DNA from: a virus
Taxonomy: Duplodnaviria > Caudoviricetes
Length of the DNA stretch: 29,500 nt
IMG/VR virus record: IMGVR_UViG_3300025267_000079
Location: 1-29,500 of that record
Direction: 5' to 3' (one strand)
Position 1 is the first letter of the stretch. Each line of letters starts with the position of its first letter. The notes under the pieces were generated by a model. That model searched no databases, was not told the DNA's origin, and saw nothing but the letters and a program-made list of their open reading frames with translations. Made by a program: the position numbers and the translations under genes. Of the stretch, positions 1-7,194 are shown in pieces.

Positions 1-657
1 CATGAAATCATTTGTAACCCCAACAGAAATATTAAAGTTATGAATATCCCCTTCAACGGATTTACAAGTAATAAATTCTAAAATATCAGGATGATGGATG
101 TCCATAACCGCCATGTTCGCACCATCACGTTTTCCCCCCTGAGTAATCATAGACGATACTCGTGATAATGTTTTAAGAACTTCTATAGGCCCACACGAAA
201 TACCGTGTGTGGTTTTAATCTGGTCTCCTTTGGGACGTAGGTTAGATAAAGCAAATCCTGTACCACCCCCAAATTTCTGAACCATTGCTGTATCATGTGC
301 AGCTTTCATTATCCCTTCCATACTATCTTCGAGAGGTAGAACAAAACACGCAGACAGGGTACCTTGTTTAGTTCCAGCATTCATTAATGTTGGGGAATTA
401 GGGATAAAATCTAAATTAGACATAATGGTATAAAACTCATTAGAGGTGAGTTGAACATCAATATCTAATTTACCGTATTGCTTTTCAACGGCAGCAATCG
501 CATCCGCAACACGGCGAAACATCGCAGGGGCATCTTCTACTATTTCATTAGAATCGTCCTTTAAAAAATATCTTTTCTTGGCGACTATCTCAGCTTGTGA
601 ACTCAGGGTAATGGGTATGGTTCCGATAGTATCCGTTAGTGTCATAGTTGTTGCCAT
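1..657 (-). CDS. nrdJ: Ribonucleotide reductase large subunit, probably class II (adenosylcobalamin-dependent); 5' part, runs off the window
   Basis: Not in the ORF track. Manual translation from ATG at 657 (AGGAG RBS just upstream) is open to position 1: MATTMTLTD..KKRYFLKD..MFRRVADAIA..FIPNSPTLMNAG..LSACFVLP..QKFGGGTG..LRPKG..GP..QGGKRDGANMAVM..HPDILEFI..NFNISV. These are RNR catalytic-subunit motifs; no ATP cone. Class II versus class I cannot be fully settled from the N-terminal half. Confidence 0.88.
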   Translation of the reverse strand, partial: MATTMTLTDTIGTIPITLSSQAEIVAKKRYFLKDDSNEIVEDAPAMFRRVADAIAAVEKQYGKLDIDVQLTSNEFYTIMSNLDFIPNSPTLMNAGTKQGTLSACFVLPLEDSMEGIMKAAHDTAMVQKFGGGTGFALSNLRPKGDQIKTTHGISCGPIEVLKTLSRVSSMITQGGKRDGANMAVMDIHHPDILEFITCKSVEGDIHNFNISVGVTNDFM

Positions 658-666
658 TTATTTCTC

Positions 667-2334
667 CTACCCTCTGTATCCACAGTATAAACATAATTTA
701 CGTTCCATTACCCAAAAACTTGGCTGGCATACCCCCTCGGAACAACCGGGGTTAAGATGCTCTTCTGATTCTTCTACCGGGTTAACGCTTTTATAGTTTA
801 GCATTTTATCTAACCGTTCCGCAACCCCTTTGTCTATACCGTCTTTTCCTGCCCTACCTTCAGGGGTCTCTCCGGGTGCTACCGCCTCAATCCAATCGGA
901 GGTGCTTCCTAGAGTTTCATACTTAAAAATTGTAGTTTCCCAAGCAGCTTGTACAGCCATGGCAATAGAAAAGAAAGCATCCCCATGACCCATCGGTGTC
1001 ACGGGCGCTTTCAAATCATTATTTACAGAAATAATCTGTTGAGTTTGTCGTTCATCTTTTAACAGTCTCAGTTTATCGCCATGAACATATTGTTCCATGA
1101 TCTGCGACATTGTGTGTTTACTTTTAAGAGTAAACGACATAGGATGCCATACTTGGGCTAAACCACGATCTTCTAATTCTCCTCTTGTATTATCAATATA
1201 CCCTTTTTCTAGCTGAAAGTTTTGTGAAACTTCGTTCAAAAACTGTATTTGATCAGAGTAATTCCAACCGTCTAACCACGTTTGATTTAATTGTCTCAAT
1301 TCGTCACCTATCCGACTAAAAATTACAAGGTGGGAAGGGTGGCGCTTTTTCCCAACATCAAACCCCGCAAACAATTGCTCATTGGGTTGTCTCTCATATT
1401 TTGTATATGCGCTAAAATCTCGTAAATTTTCATCTTCACACTTTATAATATCTTCTCGATTAAAATAAGACTCCGTTTGAAATGCTGGTTGCAATAAAAA
1501 TTCCGAGGCAAAAGATTTTGGGCGAGCTTTTTGCTGTGCTAACAACCATTCCTCAGAATATAAATCTGGCATAAGTACACGACGAGTTGGAGTAGGATCA
1601 AAGGCGGGAAGCACACGGGACATAAACCTATCATCTCTTTGCAACTTAGATAATAAATCGTCGGGTAACATGGGAGTCCCTAATACAATTACAGGGGCTT
1701 CTTGATTTGGGATAAACATAGTTTCGGTCATAAAGTGATCTTCGATTTTATTCATTTCTCCTAGTTGTAATGGGTTCTCTGGGTCTCGCAAAATATCATC
1801 AGCAATTAATGCTCCATTAACATGCATACCTCTTTTGAAAGAAAATAACCCACCATGTAAAATTTCAACAGGTTTATTATTTAACGTATATCGGAACTGG
1901 AATTCCGCGCGAGTGTTCCTAGCTGTTAACATATCCATTAAAATTGGATTGCGTTGTACAGCTTTGTTTATTTCTGATATATGGTACCGAGCCATAGTAT
2001 CACTATACGATAGATATAAAATAGATGTATCTCGCTTCGCTTTCAGTAAACGCCATAAACTAAAGGCGTGTCCTAATAGGGTGCTTTTAAAATGAAAGCG
2101 TGGAAGTATCGCAACGTAATTCATGCGTTCCTCTACTGCCCTCTCCGCATCGTCGGCAATGACTCCAACGTGCCATGAATCAAATAACTCTGGTCTATCA
2201 AAACTTTTAGACCAAATTTTGGTAATGAACTCGTGAAAACTACCTATCTTTGTTCGTTGAGTTGACGTTAAACCTTTAGATAATCTATCTAACGCATCGG
2301 CTACAGTAACGACTTCATCTCTAGGGGTGGTCAT
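667..2334 (-). CDS. terL: Terminase large subunit
   Basis: Walker A-like ILPRFHFKST, Walker B LIADDIL, coupling motif VLGTP, SFASEFLLQP linker, RNase H-like nuclease residues FAGFDVG, IDNT and GHGDAFFS; directly downstream of an HTH small subunit. Confidence 0.92.
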   Translation of the reverse strand: MTTPRDEVVTVADALDRLSKGLTSTQRTKIGSFHEFITKIWSKSFDRPELFDSWHVGVIADDAERAVEERMNYVAILPRFHFKSTLLGHAFSLWRLLKAKRDTSILYLSYSDTMARYHISEINKAVQRNPILMDMLTARNTRAEFQFRYTLNNKPVEILHGGLFSFKRGMHVNGALIADDILRDPENPLQLGEMNKIEDHFMTETMFIPNQEAPVIVLGTPMLPDDLLSKLQRDDRFMSRVLPAFDPTPTRRVLMPDLYSEEWLLAQQKARPKSFASEFLLQPAFQTESYFNREDIIKCEDENLRDFSAYTKYERQPNEQLFAGFDVGKKRHPSHLVIFSRIGDELRQLNQTWLDGWNYSDQIQFLNEVSQNFQLEKGYIDNTRGELEDRGLAQVWHPMSFTLKSKHTMSQIMEQYVHGDKLRLLKDERQTQQIISVNNDLKAPVTPMGHGDAFFSIAMAVQAAWETTIFKYETLGSTSDWIEAVAPGETPEGRAGKDGIDKGVAERLDKMLNYKSVNPVEESEEHLNPGCSEGVCQPSFWVMERKLCLYCGYRG

Positions 2335-2840
2335 TATTTATCTGAACCTGACTGTTGGAGAATACCTTGAAATCTTCCTGAGATTCTACCAATAATTACG
2401 GGGTCTTCAATTTCTTCTACTAAAACATTTAAAATATCTTGCACAAATTGGATGTTAATTAAACCCTTCATAGTCTCCCGTTCACCCTGAATACCCATAT
2501 CAATAGTACGGGAGGCTGTACCAGCATCGTGGAACTCTAATCCGTCTAAATCATCTTCAGCTTTATGGCGAATCTTCTCGTATACGTCAAGATGTTCGGT
2601 ATGTAGCCGCGCGAATCTTTGGCTTTCCGTTTCCATAATAGCGGTAGAAGCTTTACTGTGTACCTCTAAACGTTTCTCATCCCAATTAAATTTTCTCGAC
2701 CAAGAATAGATCGTGGATATTGTAACATCTACGTCAAATTTTTCGGAAAGTTTTTCTGTTATGTCTTTCGCTGTATGCCCTCCAGAGACATATAAACCCA
2801 TAGCCTCTAATCTAACTTCGGATGATATTTTTTTAGGCAT
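2334..2840 (-). CDS. terS: Terminase small subunit (N-terminal HTH)
   Basis: N-terminal HTH (RLEAMGLY..TAKDITEKL..ISTIYSWSRKFNWDEKR), helical oligomerisation region, 1-nt stop/start overlap with terL. Confidence 0.75.
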   Translation of the reverse strand: MPKKISSEVRLEAMGLYVSGGHTAKDITEKLSEKFDVDVTISTIYSWSRKFNWDEKRLEVHSKASTAIMETESQRFARLHTEHLDVYEKIRHKAEDDLDGLEFHDAGTASRTIDMGIQGERETMKGLINIQFVQDILNVLVEEIEDPVIIGRISGRFQGILQQSGSDK

Positions 2841-3304
2841 TAATGCATCCCGAAGGCTTCAGTGCCATGTTCCGAACTCTGGGAATCAATGTTACCTCCA
2901 TGAGGCGTACCGTCTGATTGCAGTAACTTGCTAAAGTCCATATATCCTGTCTTATTAGTGGCTGCATTGAAGCAAGCTGGTACTTTAAATTTGGCTCCGT
3001 TAGAAAAGAATTCTCGATACTCTACCCCAATTTCATCTCTTGTGCAAACTCCCTGCCAAACATTTTCTCGTTCACTGATTGGCTTATAGTTGCTGTTTTT
3101 TCTAATCGTACCCGTTGTACGTTGGGTGTCCTCAAACTGTTTATTGTTTACACAGTCCAAATACTTACACCACACGACCACACCCCGCTGTTTTCTGAAT
3201 TCCTCGAATGACATACCAGAAGGCAGCTTATCTTCATAGGTTACCGTCTCTAGTTCTCTACCGGGACTCATATAAAAGGTCTTTGGCTTTTCTATCTTAG
3301 GCAT
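2840..3304 (-). CDS. Hypothetical Cys-containing protein (possible Zn-binding, DUF1540-like spacing)
   Basis: VWCKYLDCVNN..GVCTRDEI..PACFN; overlaps both neighbouring genes. Confidence 0.55.
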   Translation of the reverse strand: MPKIEKPKTFYMSPGRELETVTYEDKLPSGMSFEEFRKQRGVVVWCKYLDCVNNKQFEDTQRTTGTIRKNSNYKPISERENVWQGVCTRDEIGVEYREFFSNGAKFKVPACFNAATNKTGYMDFSKLLQSDGTPHGGNIDSQSSEHGTEAFGMH

Positions 3305-3773
3305 TTATTTCTCCTCTTCTTTTCGCCCACAAAGCGATACAGGCAGCATCTGCATAATCTTGTTCGGGAAATATATCCCCCCACTTGTCTACAGCATATT
3401 TTTTAATATCGGGTTTACTTGAGTTACCCTTACCCAAAATTTGTTTTTTCCAACTACGATTATCAACAGGATAACAAAGGATTCCCTTAGTATGTAACAT
3501 GTATTTCGCAACACTTACCACGCCAGAAATTTCCATAGTAGTCTTGGCGTTTTGTATATAAATTGCCGCCTCTATTGCAGAACACTGTATTCCATTATAC
3601 TCTAATTCTTCGTTAAGGTACACCCCAAAATTATCAAATATTTGAAAAAGTCTATTATCAAAATCATCTTTAGGAGTTGAATGAAATTTTAACTTAGAAA
3701 CTATTTCTTCTAGATCATTAACGATAACTCCATGTACCGCTTTAGAAGAACAATCTAATCCTAAATAATTCAT
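3297..3773 (-). CDS. ruvC: RuvC-like Holliday junction resolvase
   Basis: YLGLDCSS (catalytic D), AIEAAI (catalytic E), WKKQILGKGNSSKPDI, QDYADAACIA (catalytic DxxD). Confidence 0.88.
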   Translation of the reverse strand: MNYLGLDCSSKAVHGVIVNDLEEIVSKLKFHSTPKDDFDNRLFQIFDNFGVYLNEELEYNGIQCSAIEAAIYIQNAKTTMEISGVVSVAKYMLHTKGILCYPVDNRSWKKQILGKGNSSKPDIKKYAVDKWGDIFPEQDYADAACIALWAKRRGEINA

Positions 3774-4294
3774 CGTTGGCGATCTCCCATAGTTCGTAAT
3801 CCTACAACTCGTGAAACAGACGCATATGCTTTATCGTAAGCTTTCAGCGTTCCAGTTAGTTGTTTCACCGCCGCCTCTGTTTCAATAACTTCTTTACGTA
3901 ACTCCCATAATTGTGGATATGAATTTAAGGATTCACCTCGTAGTTCTTCTCTGGTTGGTTTCTTCTTCCCATTCTCTTCTCTATCAGTGGCTATCTTATT
4001 CATAGCTTTTGCTAAACCATCATCAAAAGCCGCTTGGAGTGCGGACAGGGTACTGTCAAGTTTTGCAACTTCAGCTTCAAGGTAACTTGTATAGCCCCCA
4101 AACATAGCTAAATAACTTTCAAGACCCTCGTTTGAAGTCGATGCATAATCACCTAAAGGTAACTTTGGAAGATTGGAAATATCAACATCAAAAGAGGAAA
4201 CCTGTAAGTCGGCTTTCAGCCTACGTCGGACATTGCCTAACGCTTTCATTGGAGTCCAGTTTTCTGACTTATCCCCCTCTTTATACTCAACCAT
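3770..4294 (-). CDS. Coiled-coil protein, possible UvsY-like recombination mediator
   Basis: All-helical heptad-rich 174 aa within a RecA/SSB/exonuclease/resolvase cluster; function inferred from context and helical pattern only. Confidence 0.45.
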   Translation of the reverse strand: MVEYKEGDKSENWTPMKALGNVRRRLKADLQVSSFDVDISNLPKLPLGDYASTSNEGLESYLAMFGGYTSYLEAEVAKLDSTLSALQAAFDDGLAKAMNKIATDREENGKKKPTREELRGESLNSYPQLWELRKEVIETEAAVKQLTGTLKAYDKAYASVSRVVGLRTMGDRQR

Positions 4295-4991
4295 TTTTCA
4301 CTCCTTTACACTTACACCAAACATCGCCGGTACAGGTGTCTGGTAACTTTGTCATATTCATAATGTTAACACATCGTTCTAACAACGTTTCCCAAACTTT
4401 TATATCTCTCTCAACTTTAAAAGCCTTTAATTTCTGATCATTTTTATTCTCATACAATACAATTCCATAATCTTTATTTAGTAAGTTTAGATAAATTTGT
4501 AGCTGTATGAAATGATCGTGTTTAGGGGAACCCTTTAGTTCATTGAACCCTCTATCATTAATTGACTTTAATTCTAGCACCGCTTCCCCTTTAGTTGGGT
4601 GTGCAATAATAAAATCCAACCGACCACTAATAGGGGGGGAAGCTAACTTTAGCGGTTGCTCACGAGCAATAAGAATATTCATCTTAGTAAAGTATTTATT
4701 CATACGTTCTTCTAATGATGACCCAGTATCAAAAATACGTTTTACTCTGGGGTCTAAATCTTCCCACGGAAGTAACCCATTAAAAGATGCGTAAAGATAC
4801 TTATCGCAAGTACTACCTAGCGCAGACGGGTAAAACACCTGCCCACGATGAGGAGACATCTTACCCTTTAAATGTTCATCTAATACCTTGAGAAAATCTT
4901 TATCTTGATTACTAACTCTAGGGCTAGACTTACGTTTAATGGGTATCTTTTTTATCCCTGTGGTTTTTCCAATTTGTTTAATTCCCGCCAT
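4287..4991 (-). CDS. Cas4-like PD-(D/E)XK exonuclease (Fe-S type)
   Basis: FYPSALGSTC, RIFDTG, ISGRLDFII, VLELKS, HFIQLQIY and C-terminal Cys cluster CTGDVWCKC; RecB/Cas4-family layout of one N-terminal plus three C-terminal Cys. Confidence 0.85.
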   Translation of the reverse strand: MAGIKQIGKTTGIKKIPIKRKSSPRVSNQDKDFLKVLDEHLKGKMSPHRGQVFYPSALGSTCDKYLYASFNGLLPWEDLDPRVKRIFDTGSSLEERMNKYFTKMNILIAREQPLKLASPPISGRLDFIIAHPTKGEAVLELKSINDRGFNELKGSPKHDHFIQLQIYLNLLNKDYGIVLYENKNDQKLKAFKVERDIKVWETLLERCVNIMNMTKLPDTCTGDVWCKCKGVKNG

Positions 4992-5260
4992 AGAAATTCC
5001 TTTATCTTTCCTTTAGTTGTTTCTTTACAATGTAGAACAATTAGTATCTCACCTGTCTCTATTAGTTTACGGTCTCTAATACGATCTTTAGTTTGTAGAT
5101 GCCCGTATACCCCATCGGCTTCAATAACCATATTCAACTCAGGGATGAGAAAATCAACCGTATATGGGGGGAATGATGCTTGCATTTCATACCTCAGCCC
5201 CCATTCTGAAAGATACCCCTCAATGATGTTTTCTTGGGCTGTATGATCTCTAGGTAACAC
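4952..5260 (-). CDS. DUF559/Vsr-like endonuclease
   Basis: YEMQASFPPYTVDFLIPELNMVIEADGVYGH..DRIRDRKL..IVLH fits the DUF559/very-short-patch nuclease pattern. Confidence 0.85.
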   Translation of the reverse strand: MLPRDHTAQENIIEGYLSEWGLRYEMQASFPPYTVDFLIPELNMVIEADGVYGHLQTKDRIRDRKLIETGEILIVLHCKETTKGKIKEFLWRELNKLEKPQG

Positions 5261-6188
5261 TTTCTTTTAGTTCCCCAAAAAGTACTTCATCCTCTAAAAA
5301 TACTTTTTTAATCCCATTCAGCCCCATATGCTTTTGTTCTTTGTAAGTATACCATGGCCCTGCTTGGGTAATTAATTTTTTCCCTAACGCTTCTCTAATA
5401 TAACTTTCCAGAATATCTATACCCCCATCAACTCTAAATGGAACTGAGGCGGAACTCCAATTCTCCCCCCCAATTTTAGTCTTCCGTAAACGAACTTCCA
5501 TATCAAACCCAACCTTCTCGCCCTTATCCTCTATCCATCCCTTACGTCGTACCTGTAACAAGGCGTGAGCAAAGAACGATTGTGCTAACCCACCGGGCAT
5601 ATTATCTAATGCCACAGGGCCAATACTACTACGGACTTGATTGACGGCTACTAAGGCACCCCCATTAGACAAACTTGGTAAAATTTTAGGTAATGATGAA
5701 TTCACAAAACGTGCTTGCCATGCCATTGGATTGAATGAAAAATCTTCTTCTAAGTTTTTATGGGGTACGAGACCAGCAATACTATCTAATACTACTAAAT
5801 CAAATGACGCATCTAACAAGGTGCGTATCGTATCCATTGCTTCTTCCCCGCTTTCGGGCTGTCCAACAAGGATTTTTGACGTATCCACACCGCATCGTGC
5901 CATCCATTCAGAATCCCATGATAGTTCTGTATCAATCCAAGCTGCCTGTCCGCCTGATTTTAAAACATTAGCACAGATTTGTGACGCTAAGTAAGACTTC
6001 CCCACGTTAGTAGGCCCATAGATTAGAGTTAGACGCTTCTTAGCTATGCCTCCACCTGTTAGTCTATCAAGGGCTGGAATGTTGAAGGGAACTCTGGAGT
6101 ATTCAAAAGCACTGTCATCTCCACGAAACAGATTTAGTTTCTTATTTTTAAGTAAATCTTCAATAACCTTCTCAGAATCCGTTTCCAT
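5250..6188 (-). CDS. recA: RecA/UvsX-family recombinase
   Basis: ALDRLTGGG, Walker A YGPTNVGKS, WIDTE, Walker B VVLDSIAGL, VNQVR, MPGG, C-terminal AGPWYTY. Confidence 0.93.
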   Translation of the reverse strand: METDSEKVIEDLLKNKKLNLFRGDDSAFEYSRVPFNIPALDRLTGGGIAKKRLTLIYGPTNVGKSYLASQICANVLKSGGQAAWIDTELSWDSEWMARCGVDTSKILVGQPESGEEAMDTIRTLLDASFDLVVLDSIAGLVPHKNLEEDFSFNPMAWQARFVNSSLPKILPSLSNGGALVAVNQVRSSIGPVALDNMPGGLAQSFFAHALLQVRRKGWIEDKGEKVGFDMEVRLRKTKIGGENWSSASVPFRVDGGIDILESYIREALGKKLITQAGPWYTYKEQKHMGLNGIKKVFLEDEVLFGELKESVT

Positions 6189-6461
6189 TTAAACTCCCCT
6201 CGGTAATTGTTTAGCACGGTTATTGAAAGCTTCTGCCCAAGCAAAACAAACCGCAGCACATTGGATAATTTCGTAATACATATCAGATTCGTTTTTCTCG
6301 TAGACTTCTCGTGCTACTTCACCAAGTTCTTCTGTTAGAATAACTGTCCAATGGTCATCAGAATTAAAGGTTTGGTCTCCCCATTTTAAATCTTGACTTT
6401 CTCGTTCAGCTAAAACCTCCTCAAGAACTTTAGCTCTGGTTAATTCTGTATTAAAGCTCAT
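6189..6461 (-). CDS. MazG-like nucleotide pyrophosphohydrolase
   Basis: ERESQDLKWG..ILTEELGEVARE..YEIIQCAAV; EExxE..ExxQ all-alpha NTP-PPase signature. Confidence 0.8.
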   Translation of the reverse strand: MSFNTELTRAKVLEEVLAERESQDLKWGDQTFNSDDHWTVILTEELGEVAREVYEKNESDMYYEIIQCAAVCFAWAEAFNNRAKQLPRGV

Positions 6462-6682
6462 TTAGAGGAACCTTCGTTTAGGACTTCATCAATATTCTTA
6501 TCCACTTCATCCCGAACATGCGCCCACATTTGACCTAATGCGAGTTCCGATCCTTCAAGCTGTGTGGGGATATCCATATCAGTATCAATGTCATGTATCT
6601 CACAATCAATACGTGCGTACTGATTAGTGTCTAATGGGCCTACTCTAAAAGTAAACCCTAATTTCAATCCAACTTTAGCCAT
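6458..6682 (-). CDS. Hypothetical protein
   Basis: 74 aa ORF with AGGAG RBS; overlaps the MazG-like start. Confidence 0.7.
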   Translation of the reverse strand: MAKVGLKLGFTFRVGPLDTNQYARIDCEIHDIDTDMDIPTQLEGSELALGQMWAHVRDEVDKNIDEVLNEGSSK

Positions 6683-6693
6683 ACTCTTCTCCT

Positions 6694-7194
6694 TTAAATC
6701 TTTTTGTCCATTTTTCTTAAATCTAAAATATAACTATCTTTCGCATTTCCTTTAGTATCATCAATTCTATTTTGATACGCATGTAACGGAGCATCTTCAA
6801 CTAAGTCTATCATCTGTTCATACGAAAGAAACCATATACCCCGTTGTTTCTCTACAGATACCCCAAAATTTGTAGTTGCTTTCCAATTCACCCAAAAAAC
6901 AATTTGACATTTAGGGTACTTTATATTGCAGTCTGTAACATCTTGCTTATTAAGTGTTACTGCAAAATTTGGGTCAATATTAAATTTTCTCTGCGCTAAA
7001 AAGAACGGAGTATGAACAGTCTTTAAATCTAAATATCTATCTTGATAAACAAATTCAGGAAAATATACAGGCCCAGAAGATTTTTCAATACCTGATAAAA
7101 TGTCATACTTCTGACAGACACGCAAAAAATCATATTCTTTTTTTACTCCCCAATCAATCCAGCTTTTCTTATCTTCAGTATTAAGTACTTGCAT
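6694..7194 (-). CDS. Hypothetical protein, possible PD-(D/E)XK-like nuclease
   Basis: GVKKE..FPEFVY..YLDLKT pattern; 1-nt overlap with the polA stop; AT-rich. Confidence 0.5.
   Translation of the reverse strand: MQVLNTEDKKSWIDWGVKKEYDFLRVCQKYDILSGIEKSSGPVYFPEFVYQDRYLDLKTVHTPFFLAQRKFNIDPNFAVTLNKQDVTDCNIKYPKCQIVFWVNWKATTNFGVSVEKQRGIWFLSYEQMIDLVEDAPLHAYQNRIDDTKGNAKDSYILDLRKMDKKI

Noticed and set aside
4287-4991. Cas4-like gene as part of a CRISPR-Cas system
   Set aside because: No cas1/cas2 and no repeat-spacer array visible; solo Cas4-like nucleases are common in phage recombination modules
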